From: Nitrospirota bacterium
GTDB taxonomy: Bacteria; Nitrospirota; UBA9217
DNA: 64,000 nt
NCBI GenBank assembly: GCA_963790205.1
Contig: CAWBNQ010000003.1
Coordinates: 96,001-160,000, forward strand
Direction of reading: 5' to 3'
Shown: piece by piece, positions 20,821-30,359 of the stretch
How the letters are laid out: every line of letters starts with the position of its first letter
Numbering within the stretch: the stretch's first letter is position 1
Made by a program: the position numbers and the translations under genes
Notes under the pieces: model-generated
The model's input: the letters and a program-made list of their open reading frames with translations, nothing else
Told to the model about the DNA's origin: nothing
Database searches by the model: none

Positions 20821-21585
20821 ATGAAGCGTTTATTGATGGCAGGGGGGGCATTTCTGGCGCTGGCCCTTTTTTGCGCAGGGGCCTTTGCCGCTCCTCAGCC
20901 GGCTGGCGCCGCACCTGGGGCGCGGGTACCGTCTGCTCAGGCCGGTGCAGCAGGGAACCCCGAGCTTTCGGGCAAAGTCGTGGAAACCATGAACGCCGGC
21001 GGCTATTCCTATGTTCTTATCGAGAAGAACGAGAAGAAGACATGGGTCGCCATACCGATGACCCAGGTCAAGGTCGGTCAGGAGCTCAAGTTTCTGCCCG
21101 GCGTGGAGATGGGGAAATTCACGAGCAAGTCCCTTCATCGGACATTCGAGAACATCATTTTCTCCGGCGGTCTCATGACCGAGGCGGGCCCGGGAGGAAG
21201 CGCTATGATGCAGGCGCCGCACCCCAGCGCCACCGCCGGGGACGCGCCGTCGACCGAGAAGATCAAGGTGGAGAAGGCCTCGGGACCCGATGCCTATACC
21301 GTGAGCGAAATTCATGAAAAAAAGGCAACGCTGAACGAAAAGACCGCGGTGGTCAAGGGGAAGGTGGTAAAGGTCTCCAAGGGCATCATGGGCAAGAACT
21401 GGATCCATTTGGAAGACGGCACCGGCAATGCACTCGCGGCCACGAACAAACTGGTCGTGACCTCCCAGGATCTTCCCTCGGTCGGAGACATCGTCACGAT
21501 GAAGGGCACGATCTATAAGGACAAGGACTTCGGCTCCGGGTACAAATACGCTGTGATCATGGAGAAGGCCTCTGTCATAAAATAG
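20821..21585 (+). CDS. Exported double OB-fold protein (NrfJ-like)
   Basis: Signal peptide; GKVVETMNAGGYSY, GIMGKNWIHL.DG, DKDFGSGYKY. Confidence 0.7.
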   Translation: MKRLLMAGGAFLALALFCAGAFAAPQPAGAAPGARVPSAQAGAAGNPELSGKVVETMNAGGYSYVLIEKNEKKTWVAIPMTQVKVGQELKFLPGVEMGKFTSKSLHRTFENIIFSGGLMTEAGPGGSAMMQAPHPSATAGDAPSTEKIKVEKASGPDAYTVSEIHEKKATLNEKTAVVKGKVVKVSKGIMGKNWIHLEDGTGNALAATNKLVVTSQDLPSVGDIVTMKGTIYKDKDFGSGYKYAVIMEKASVIK

Positions 21586-21617
21586 TAAAACCTGAGCAAA
21601 CAGGTATCTGAACGAGA

Positions 21618-21648
21618 GGGCCGGCGGGGAACAACCTGCCGGCCTTTC
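21618..21648 (+). terminator. Intrinsic terminator
   Basis: GGCCGGCGGG-aacaa-CCTGCCGGCC followed by TTT. Confidence 0.6.
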
Positions 21649-21744
21649 TATTGAAACAATGCTTGACAAATCCGGTGTTTTTAGAAATAATCATGCTCCC
21701 ATATCGGAGCGGCGAAAAGCCGTTCGGAAAAAAGGTGCTATTGC

Positions 21745-23202
21745 ATGAGCAAGACGATCCAGAAGCTCTTAATTGCGAACCGCGGTGTTCCCGCGGTGAG
21801 GGTGATGCACACGTGCAGGGACCGGAAGATCCCCACCGTTGCGGTCTACAGCGATCCGGACCGTCTGGCCCACCATGTATTCATGGCGGATGAGGCCGTG
21901 CATATCGGCGCTGCGCCGCCGGCCGAGTCCTACCTCAACATGGACAAGATGATCCAGGCCGCGCTCAAGAGCAAGGCCGACGCCATCCATCCGGGCTGGG
22001 GCTTTCTTGCCGAGAACGCCCAGTTCGCCCGAAAAGTGATCGACGCGGGACTCACCTGGATCGGTCCGTCCCCCGAGGTCATCAGCATGCTGGGGGACAA
22101 GATCGAGGCCAAGGCGTTGGCGAAGAAGGCCAATGTGCCGACCATTCCGGGCATCGATGCGGTCACTGAAGTCGAGCAGATAAAGACCTGGATGAAGCAG
22201 GACGATGTCGCCTACCCCATCATGATCAAGGCCGCATCGGGCGGAGGCGGTAAGGGCATGGTGAAGGTCGAGAGCGACGGGGAGCTCTCGCAGGCCCTGT
22301 CGCGCGCCCGGTCAGAGGCCAAGAAGTCCTTTGGCGACGACACCATCCTGGTCGAGAAATACATCGAGCGGGGACGGCATATCGAGGTCCAGATCGTGGC
22401 GGACAGCCACGGAAACGTGGTCCATCTGTACGAGCGCGAATGCACGCTCCAGAGAAGGAACCAGAAGATCATCGAGGAAGCGCCGTCGCCGAGCCTTGAC
22501 GAGAACCTGCGGAACGAGATCTGCTACACCGCGACCAAGCTGATGCGCGAGATCGGCTATACCACGGCCGGGACGGTCGAGTATATTTTCGATTCAGCGA
22601 CGCGAAAGTTCTATTTCCTCGAGGTGAATACCCGGCTCCAGGTGGAGCACGGCATCACCGAACTGATCACGGGCCTCGACATCGTCGGCATCATGATCGA
22701 TGTGGCGCTCGGCAAGAAGCTGCCGTTCAAACAATCCGCGATCCGGCCGAACCGCTGGGCCCTCGAGGTCCGTCTGAACGCCGAGGACCCGAAGACCTTC
22801 AGCCCGTCCTTCGGCCCGATCACCCGGCTCCAGATCCCCATGGGCCCGAATGTGCGCGTTGCCTCGGGCGTGTACGAGGGCGGCGACATTCCGCCTTACT
22901 ACGATTCGTTGTTCATGCTGCTCATGACCGCGGGCGCGGACCGGAACCATGCCATCAGCGTGATGGACCGGTCGCTCGGCAGGAACCTCCGGGTCGAGGG
23001 CATCAAGACGCTCCAGCCGCTCCTGCTCTCGATCATCCGGCACCCGTCGTTCGCCGCGGGCGAGTTCTCCACCCGGTTCATCGAGGAGCACATGGACGAG
23101 CTCATCTCGATGTTCCAGGAGAAGAACAGCGAGGATGAGGTGCTGAAGATCGCGCGGTATGTTGCCGAGACCTCTGCCCTGGGGCCGCAGAAGTGGATGT
23201 AG
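21745..23202 (+). CDS. pycA: Biotin carboxylase subunit (pyruvate carboxylase subunit A-like)
   Basis: LLIANRG, IHPGWGFLAEN, GGGGKGM, ERECTLQRRNQK, FLEVNTRLQVEH, YYDS. Confidence 0.85.
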   Translation: MSKTIQKLLIANRGVPAVRVMHTCRDRKIPTVAVYSDPDRLAHHVFMADEAVHIGAAPPAESYLNMDKMIQAALKSKADAIHPGWGFLAENAQFARKVIDAGLTWIGPSPEVISMLGDKIEAKALAKKANVPTIPGIDAVTEVEQIKTWMKQDDVAYPIMIKAASGGGGKGMVKVESDGELSQALSRARSEAKKSFGDDTILVEKYIERGRHIEVQIVADSHGNVVHLYERECTLQRRNQKIIEEAPSPSLDENLRNEICYTATKLMREIGYTTAGTVEYIFDSATRKFYFLEVNTRLQVEHGITELITGLDIVGIMIDVALGKKLPFKQSAIRPNRWALEVRLNAEDPKTFSPSFGPITRLQIPMGPNVRVASGVYEGGDIPPYYDSLFMLLMTAGADRNHAISVMDRSLGRNLRVEGIKTLQPLLLSIIRHPSFAAGEFSTRFIEEHMDELISMFQEKNSEDEVLKIARYVAETSALGPQKWM

Positions 23203-23258
23203 GTGTAGCGAAGTAAGAAGGCAGAATTAAGAATTAAGAAAACAGGAAAAGATCTTTT

Positions 23259-23355
23259 ACCGCGAGGGCGCTAGGAACGCGAGGAAGTCGTAAATCCTGT
23301 ATTAAAAGAAAGCCGTAAGCTTTTGCTTTCCTGGCGTCCTTCGCGCCTTCGCGGT
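23259..23355. repeat. Inverted repeat with 9-nt periodic arms
   Basis: ACCGCGAGGGCGCTAGGAACGCGAGGA ... TCCTGGCGTCCTTCGCGCCTTCGCGGT. Confidence 0.75.
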
Positions 23356-23391
23356 TCCAAGGTTCTGATGTTGTTCTGATTCAGGAGAATT

Positions 23392-25455
23392 ATGACAGAC
23401 ACTGTTTTCGTAAAACCCGGCATGTCGCCGAAAGAGATCGTAACAGCGGTCCGATCGCTCAAGGGCGTGTGCCTCACGTCCGTGGGCATGCGCGACGCGG
23501 GCCAGTCGGACTTCAAGAACCGCCACCGCATCTACGACCTCAAGACGCTTGCGCCGTACTATAACGGCATGGGTCTGTTCTCCGCAGAGACGCACGGCGG
23601 GGCGCGCTGGCATGTGGGCATCATGAACCGCAGGGAAAGCCCGTTCGAGGAAGTGGCTATCCTTCGGGAGCTGATGCCGAACGTGCTGCAGCAGACGCTG
23701 ATCCGGGAGACGAACCTCTGGGGATACCGTCCGTATCCGAAGAACGTGATCGAGTATGCCGTTGCCCGGGTGGACATCGACGTGTGGCGCTGCTTCTCGT
23801 TCCTGAACGACGTGCGGAACATGCGCACGGTGGCGGAAACGGTCATGAAGCGGGGGCGCTTGTTCGAGCCCACGATCTCTTTCACGGTCGCGGACTGGGC
23901 CACGAACGAGTACTACCTCGGTGTCGTCCGGGAGATGGTGGACCTCTGCGGCGGGATCGACGAGATCGTGCTGTGCATCAAGGACATGGCCGGCGTGGGA
24001 GACGTGACCCGCATCGGGAACCTCATCGACGCCATCAAGCAGAAATATCCGAAGCTCGTGATCAACTACCACCGTCACATTACGGACGGTCTTGCCGTGC
24101 CGGCGTTCCTCTCCGCGGCCAAGGCCGGCGCCGCGATCTTTGACGTGGAAGAGGATTCGCTCGTCCGCTTCTACGGCCATTCTCCGATCCTGGCCATTCA
24201 ATCCATATTCGAGGAGACCGGCATCCCCGTGCATTTGAACAGACCGGATGCCGAGGCCGCTGTCCGGAAGGTGCGCGAATGGATCGGCCATTACGAATGG
24301 GCGGAGTCGCCCTTCAAGGGCCTGGACCACACCGTGACCCGCCACCGCATGCCGGGCGGTGCGTTCCCGAGTTCCTTCGAGCAGGCGGACAAGGGGGACT
24401 TCCTGCATCTCATGCCCGCGATCCTCACGGCCATGTCGCTCTTCAACCGGATCGTCAAGTATTTCGACGTGACGCCCGGGTCCCAGGTCACCTGGGTCAC
24501 GTGCAGCGGCATCGTGAACCGGTACGCAAAGGAGCAGGGCGACCGCGGGGTGAGGCATGTCATCGATCTTTTGACGAAGTTCGTCGAGGAAAAAAAGCAG
24601 GACTTCGAAGCCATGGACAAAGCGGAGCAGGACGAGCTCTTGCAGCTGTTCCGGACCGCGCCGGGCGATTTCAAGAACCTTCTGCTCGGGAACTACGGCA
24701 AACTGCCCGTGGGCTGGCCCGCGGAATGGGTTTACCAGAGCACGTTCGGCGAGGAGTGGGAGGAAAAGATCAGGGAGCGGAAGGAAATATCTCCGCTCGA
24801 CTCCATGCCTCAGGACGACCTCGACAAGCTCCGGAAGGAGCTCCAGGAGAACGTGGGCAGGGACGTGACCGAAGAGGAGTTCATCCTCTATCTCATGCAC
24901 CCCAAGGACGCGCTTGACTATATGGAGTTCCGCGGGAAGTTCGGCGAAGCGCCGCTCGTTCTTCCCACGAACGTCTGGAGAAAAGGCCTTACCCGGCCGG
25001 GAGACAGGGTGGATTTCGAGCACTGGGGCAAGCCCTACTCCATCGAGCTGGTGTCCATCGGGGCGGAGTACGAAGGCGTGATCCACGTGGTCATGCGCGT
25101 GAACAACAAGACCCGGGTCTACTCGGTCGCGACCCCGCGCGCCAAGAAGGCCGAGGTCCGCATGGCAAAGGGCCCGAACAACATCGGCGCGCCGATCAAC
25201 GGCAACCTGTGGCGGATCGGCAACCCCGGCCGCGGACCCGTCAAGGCGGGAGATATCGTGCATAAGGGCGAGGAGATCGCGAACCTCGAAGCCATGAAAA
25301 TGGAAAATGCCATCATCGCGCCTATGGACGGGCAGATCGTCGAGGTCTGCGTCAAGCTCAACGAGACGGTGCAGGAAGGGCAGCTTCTGTTCGTCATTGA
25401 GAAAGCATCGGTCAAGTCCGAGCCGAACGGAACCGGCGGGAGCATCGTGGTGTAA
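23392..25455 (+). CDS. pycB: Carboxyltransferase plus biotin-carrier subunit (pyruvate carboxylase subunit B-like)
   Basis: RDAGQS, IKDMAG, HxH, MPGG, VTPGSQ, biotinylation motif EAMKME. Confidence 0.82.
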   Translation: MTDTVFVKPGMSPKEIVTAVRSLKGVCLTSVGMRDAGQSDFKNRHRIYDLKTLAPYYNGMGLFSAETHGGARWHVGIMNRRESPFEEVAILRELMPNVLQQTLIRETNLWGYRPYPKNVIEYAVARVDIDVWRCFSFLNDVRNMRTVAETVMKRGRLFEPTISFTVADWATNEYYLGVVREMVDLCGGIDEIVLCIKDMAGVGDVTRIGNLIDAIKQKYPKLVINYHRHITDGLAVPAFLSAAKAGAAIFDVEEDSLVRFYGHSPILAIQSIFEETGIPVHLNRPDAEAAVRKVREWIGHYEWAESPFKGLDHTVTRHRMPGGAFPSSFEQADKGDFLHLMPAILTAMSLFNRIVKYFDVTPGSQVTWVTCSGIVNRYAKEQGDRGVRHVIDLLTKFVEEKKQDFEAMDKAEQDELLQLFRTAPGDFKNLLLGNYGKLPVGWPAEWVYQSTFGEEWEEKIRERKEISPLDSMPQDDLDKLRKELQENVGRDVTEEEFILYLMHPKDALDYMEFRGKFGEAPLVLPTNVWRKGLTRPGDRVDFEHWGKPYSIELVSIGAEYEGVIHVVMRVNNKTRVYSVATPRAKKAEVRMAKGPNNIGAPINGNLWRIGNPGRGPVKAGDIVHKGEEIANLEAMKMENAIIAPMDGQIVEVCVKLNETVQEGQLLFVIEKASVKSEPNGTGGSIVV

Positions 25456-25478
25456 GAGGGAGTGTATGCGACGTCATC

Positions 25479-25513
25479 AAGGCCCGGCAGGGAGCATCCT
25501 GCCGGGCCTTTTT
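25479..25513 (+). terminator. Intrinsic terminator after pycB
   Basis: AAGGCCCGGCAGG-gagcat-CCTGCCGGGCCTT followed by TTT. Confidence 0.75.
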
Positions 25514-25519
25514 GTATTA

Positions 25520-25568
25520 TGCATCCTGCATCCTGCATCTTGCATCCTGCATCCTGTGTCTTGCATCG
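25520..25568. repeat. Heptamer tandem repeat (TGCATCC x7, degenerate)
   Basis: tgcatcc tgcatcc tgcatct tgcatcc tgcatcc tgtgtct tgcatcg. Confidence 0.85.
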
Positions 25569-25657
25569 TCTCACCGCCATACCCTGAAAATACCCCATCG
25601 AACTCCTTGCAATTTCCGAAACTCTGTACTATCCTCGTGACGTTGTAACTTTCTTTT

Positions 25658-26077
25658 ATGCCTATGCAGGAACAGAAAATAGAACGCCAGGTCACAGTCG
25701 GCGTATATACCATGCCCTACGAGGCTGACCTCGTGTGGTCACTTCTCGAAGCTTTCGAAATACCGGTCTTCCCCGCGGACTATAACACCATATATATAGA
25801 TTGGCTGTATTCCAACGCCCTGGGCGGAGTAAAACTTCGGGTCAGCGAACAGGACGCAGCCGATGCGCGAGAAGTCATTGCGGGTGCCCTTGCAGATGGC
25901 GAAAAACTCCATCCGACGTATAGCGAGGGCGCATGCCCGCACTGCGGCAATAGGGATACTGCTCCAGTGGTACGCGGTCGAAAATGGGCAATAATTACCT
26001 GGCTCATCTTTATGCCAATTGTCTGGCCTTGGACACGCCTACGATGCTTGTCATGTGGGCACACTTGGCGGGCATAG
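25658..26077 (+). CDS. DUF2007-like protein with C-terminal zinc ribbon and TM helix
   Basis: EA.L..SLLEA..IP, NALGGVKLRV, CPHCG...TM...CLSCGH. Confidence 0.75.
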   Translation: MPMQEQKIERQVTVGVYTMPYEADLVWSLLEAFEIPVFPADYNTIYIDWLYSNALGGVKLRVSEQDAADAREVIAGALADGEKLHPTYSEGACPHCGNRDTAPVVRGRKWAIITWLIFMPIVWPWTRLRCLSCGHTWRA

Positions 26078-26336
26078 TTCGGCCGAATAATATTCTTGCT
26101 TGACAAAGAGTTAAGATGAGAGTAATTCAGAAGTAGGTGAATCAAGAAGGTAGAAGTCGTCGTGGAGCGTTGCAGCGTGCGGGGGGATTGGTGATGACAG
26201 ATTCCTCGTAGCAACGGGTGCACAACGTCCCCCGCTGGGCTCCTTGACCTCAAATAATCAACGTAAGTAACATCGCAGCACCCGTCCCCAAAGTTCTTTG
26301 CGGGCTTGGGGCCGACTTAAGCGATAGGGACATCTA

Positions 26337-29300
26337 ATGCCAAATAGAAATTGGGGCCTCATCACCTCCGGCGCTACTTTTGAGGCACTTGCAACGACCC
26401 TCATCTTCTTCGAGGATCCGAAAGCAGCACTTTTCGGCCGTCGAGGTAAAGATGGCGGACAGGATGCGCGCTCAGGCGATGGATTACGAGTATTTCAAGC
26501 TAAGCACCATGAAGATGGCTCAGCTACTAAGGCAATTGCAGACGCGAAGAGTGAAGCTGCCAAGATCGCAGAATATCGAAAACCAGGACACTTTCGATAT
26601 CTCCAGTGGAAGGGAGTAACACACTGGCGCCTTGTTACCAATGCAGTATTCAATCCCACGGATAGGCAGAGGTGGGATGTCGAGGTTGTTCCTCTCTTCA
26701 TGGCTCAAGGCTTGAACCCCGACTATTGGGAGCGGGCAAACTTAGATGGACTTCTTGACAAGCACCCTGAAGTAGATCGGTACTTCTTCCAGAATGAAAC
26801 GCGTGTTCTTCTTTCTCTTCCAGAGATTCGCGAGCGCTTGCCACAGGAAGACCCTTTTCTAAGGCGTGAAACTCTCACAACATTCCGCGGCCGAGAGGCC
26901 GAAGCAAAGTATGTTCGTTCTTTCCTGTCATCGGATGCCCTGTTCCTGGTTGTTCACGGTGAAGGGGGTATCGGAAAAACACGTCTGCTTGTTGAGGCTG
27001 GAGATGAAATCGCATCCGAGGGAGAGTGGCAAGTCTTTTGGGCGAACGTTGCAAGTATGTCATCCTCATCCACCTGGTTCGACTCCATCGTCCCCGAACG
27101 CACTACCCTATTACTCGTTGATGAACCTGATGATCCGCAGTTGCTTCGCGTCTTATCGGAGCAATTAGGCTCCCGGTTCGGTCGTACGGCAAAATGGAAG
27201 GTTGCGGTTTCTGTCCGCTCACCCAAAAATCCAGTCCTGCGATATTTATTCTCTCCGAGGGTGAAGGAGCGCGTTCAGGAGCTGCCGATAGGTGAACTGT
27301 CAGATGGGGCAGCAGAAGAAATGTGTTTCGACCTTCTTAGCTCCGGCCCTCTCAACAGCAGTCCCAGTGATTGGCGCAAGGATGCTGCTCACAAACTTGC
27401 TGCGCGTTTTTCGAATCGCCCGATCTGGCTTACGCTTGCAGTTCATGTTCTCGAGGTGCACGGAGATCTTGCAAAAGTTCCGGACACGGCTGCAGATTTA
27501 GCAGACCAATATGTAACTGAAATTATCAAGCTTCAGCAGGATGCCAACGCAGATCAGGTTCTTATGTTGCTTCAGTATATAGCACTCCTCGGGACTATAA
27601 ATCGAGAAGACAAAGCAACAATTGAACTGCTAAGAGGGGTCTGCAAAATTGAAAACGATACTGCACTTCTGAAATTATTAGCTGATCTAGTTAAACGACG
27701 TGGTCTCACGCAGCGCGGGGCGGTGCAACGGTTAGTTGAACTCAAACCCGACGTCTTACGGGATCACATACTTCTAAGCTGGCTGTCTGTCGATATCGGC
27801 TATGGTGCCGCTCCGATCCAGCCATCTGATGACGCAAAAAACATTGTAATTGGTGTTCGCGATGCTGTTCTAAAGGGGAGCATCAGCGCATTAGGGCGGA
27901 CTATTCTCACGTCATTGGCGCGAACAGAGTTTCTCCTTAGATTGTCTGGAAAGACTGTTCCTCTGCTGGATCCTTTGTTTGCCGGTATCCTTGCTGGTCT
28001 TGCAGGAACGACCGCGAGCCAACGGCTTGTGATTGCGGAAGTCCTTCAAGATTTCGCCGCGTATCGCCCTGCCGATACTGTCGAAATTAGCCGTGCTCTT
28101 CGATCTTCAACTGTAACCAGTGAAAAGACTGAAAGTTATTTTGGTAGACGCGAGATAGGCCAGGATGACATCGTTATGGCGCTGGCATGGCCTATATTTC
28201 ATGCTGCGATGGGCGCTCAGTCTCAGAGCGAGTGTGAAGTTGTACTGAAAGAACTTTGTTCTCTTGCTGAATTGGAGTCAGAAGTCGGATCGCATCGCAA
28301 AGGTGGCCTGCCTAACGATGGAAAACGAGCTGGTCAGTTAATAGGTCGTACAATAGGTGGTGGCCCACATTTTTCAGCTGATTTTACTGATGCCGCTAGC
28401 ACACTTTCGTTTCAGCTGCTTGAAGATGTCGCTGCCGTACCCGCAACACCCGCTAAAGGATCAGTTATCAAAGAATTGTTGGAGCCTACACTTTCGATTG
28501 AACGACAGCAAACCTGGAGTGAAGGCTACACAGTTCATATCAGCAGGATCATCATTCATCCAAATCATTCGGCTTGGAAGAAGCGAGAAATGGTATTGAA
28601 TCGAGTGAAAGCTATTTTAGCTTCGGAGCAAACACCACCAGCTTCGCGCAGTTTGTTATGGAGCATATTTGCTGAAGCTCACAGAACTGTTAATGTTGGC
28701 ATTAAACAGATCAACTCAGTAGAAATTCAAAAACAATTACGCAAATTATCGCTTGACGATCTTGAGTGGGCCTACCCGGTGCTTGTTCCTCGTAAGGATG
28801 ATCTGGCCGAACTGATGGCAGCGCGCGATTTATGGCACTGGCATTATCGATTTGACAGTGTTGCTGAATTCAAGGAAATAAGCAGCAAGCTAGAGGCTCT
28901 TTACGAGAGTAATAGCCTGTCAGGCGAATTTGAGCCACTCACAAGCCATGATAGATGGGAACAGCAAAGCGCTGCACATGCAGCTAAAGCAACGGCATTG
29001 GCAGCAGATGCTAGTTCATTGAGTATCGAAGATTTTCTATCTCGTGCCATAAATTATTATCGTGGTAATGAAAATGAACTCTACCACCTGTTTGGTGTCG
29101 CGGCAAACCTTGGTGCGCTTGCGGGCACACACAAAACAGTGCGAGATTTTGTACATAAGTTTCTGTCAGATGCGAACCATACTGCACGAACGGATTTTGC
29201 CATTGATGTTGCCGTAAGCTGGATTGCAACAGTGCGACGACAGGATTCTCCTCGTGCAGCTTATGATCTGATTCTCGAATTAATGAGAACATGCGGCAGT

Positions 29301-30359
29301 AATGATCAGAGAATTCGTCTAATACATCGACACTATAATGGGCTCCGTTTAGATTATAGACAAATTGAGGATGCAGAGCATGATCACCTGCGCTCACTCA
29401 GCACATTGTTCTTGGAACACAAGAAGGGGGCTGCATATATACAGGCAATCGGCTGGACATTGAATTACAAGTGGCCCGATCTCCAGGCACTCATCGAGAG
29501 GGTGTTAGACCATGTTGATCATGACCAGCTTGCAGTTTCTGTACGATGTCTTATTGAGACGGCATATTATGCAATTAGGCAAGACACATCACCCCAGCCA
29601 CCTCCAGATGGTCTAGGGCAATGGCTCCTCGATCAAGTACTGCGCTTATCGAAGTTTGATGATCTCGGCTCCAGTATTGATTGGTACATTGAAGATTTGT
29701 TAAATAGGATTGGCAAGGTTCCTGTATCATGGCTTCCGGGAGCACTTGAAAAGCGGCGCGCTATGGAAGCTGCAGATGAATCACGTGTGGTAAGAGCACT
29801 TAGTTATCATCCAAAATTGAGTAGTTTTGTCCGCCCTATTACAGCAGCCGATAAAGATAACCCTGATGCAGCTAGGGCAGTTAAATCCCTTACCAACATG
29901 CTAATTGATAAAACCGTCTTAGGATATTACCTTCCCGAAATACTGCATGATGTTGATCCAGATGGCCTGCTTGTGCCGGACGAGATTGTTTCGCGTGTTG
30001 CAGCGGCAGCAAATCGTGATGAGGTATGGTCTTATGCTAGAGTTGCTGGAACGTACGAGGTTGGAAGCACAAGCTGGCGAACTATAGCGCGGCCAGTCGT
30101 CATCCGTGCAAATAAATCGGAGAAGGCTGAAGAACGACGTGATCTGTTCGTCATTATATTACATAAAGGCATGCGATCGTGGTCCGGCTCACCGGGCCAG
30201 GTTCCGCAATTGTTTATTGATGAAGTAAACACGGCTCGTAACCTTTTAGACTCTGAAACAGAACAATCATTTCGGCCGTTTTGGGAATGGAATTTGGCCA
30301 TTGCAGAATCGGAACTAAAGGCGCAAGAAGAGCAGGCGAAGGAGATGCGTGGCGAATGA
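26337..30359 (+). CDS. Mrr-like restriction endonuclease - STAND NTPase - helical C-terminus (Avs-like antiviral protein)
   Basis: N-terminal FEAL...GKDGGQD...FQAK (D-QxK nuclease), Walker A GEGGIGKT, Walker B LLLVDE, long helical region; AT-richer than flanks. Confidence 0.75.
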   Translation: MPNRNWGLITSGATFEALATTLIFFEDPKAALFGRRGKDGGQDARSGDGLRVFQAKHHEDGSATKAIADAKSEAAKIAEYRKPGHFRYLQWKGVTHWRLVTNAVFNPTDRQRWDVEVVPLFMAQGLNPDYWERANLDGLLDKHPEVDRYFFQNETRVLLSLPEIRERLPQEDPFLRRETLTTFRGREAEAKYVRSFLSSDALFLVVHGEGGIGKTRLLVEAGDEIASEGEWQVFWANVASMSSSSTWFDSIVPERTTLLLVDEPDDPQLLRVLSEQLGSRFGRTAKWKVAVSVRSPKNPVLRYLFSPRVKERVQELPIGELSDGAAEEMCFDLLSSGPLNSSPSDWRKDAAHKLAARFSNRPIWLTLAVHVLEVHGDLAKVPDTAADLADQYVTEIIKLQQDANADQVLMLLQYIALLGTINREDKATIELLRGVCKIENDTALLKLLADLVKRRGLTQRGAVQRLVELKPDVLRDHILLSWLSVDIGYGAAPIQPSDDAKNIVIGVRDAVLKGSISALGRTILTSLARTEFLLRLSGKTVPLLDPLFAGILAGLAGTTASQRLVIAEVLQDFAAYRPADTVEISRALRSSTVTSEKTESYFGRREIGQDDIVMALAWPIFHAAMGAQSQSECEVVLKELCSLAELESEVGSHRKGGLPNDGKRAGQLIGRTIGGGPHFSADFTDAASTLSFQLLEDVAAVPATPAKGSVIKELLEPTLSIERQQTWSEGYTVHISRIIIHPNHSAWKKREMVLNRVKAILASEQTPPASRSLLWSIFAEAHRTVNVGIKQINSVEIQKQLRKLSLDDLEWAYPVLVPRKDDLAELMAARDLWHWHYRFDSVAEFKEISSKLEALYESNSLSGEFEPLTSHDRWEQQSAAHAAKATALAADASSLSIEDFLSRAINYYRGNENELYHLFGVAANLGALAGTHKTVRDFVHKFLSDANHTARTDFAIDVAVSWIATVRRQDSPRAAYDLILELMRTCGSNDQRIRLIHRHYNGLRLDYRQIEDAEHDHLRSLSTLFLEHKKGAAYIQAIGWTLNYKWPDLQALIERVLDHVDHDQLAVSVRCLIETAYYAIRQDTSPQPPPDGLGQWLLDQVLRLSKFDDLGSSIDWYIEDLLNRIGKVPVSWLPGALEKRRAMEAADESRVVRALSYHPKLSSFVRPITAADKDNPDAARAVKSLTNMLIDKTVLGYYLPEILHDVDPDGLLVPDEIVSRVAAAANRDEVWSYARVAGTYEVGSTSWRTIARPVVIRANKSEKAEERRDLFVIILHKGMRSWSGSPGQVPQLFIDEVNTARNLLDSETEQSFRPFWEWNLAIAESELKAQEEQAKEMRGE

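Noticed and set aside
23302..25263. Long antisense ORFs (also 17691-19337, 9655-11217, 35963-37663, 56334-57674, 7681-8712)
   Set aside because: Shadow frames of well-supported genes in GC-rich DNA; no recognisable motifs.
25520..25568. Heptamer run as CRISPR or coding sequence (QDAGC-repeat ORFs)
   Set aside because: Simple tandem repeat without spacers; the overlapping ORFs are low-complexity artefacts.
26291..26326. Possible attC half-site upstream of the STAND gene (GGGGCCGACTTAAGCG)
   Set aside because: No TAAC/GTT core boxes or partner arm; too weak to call.
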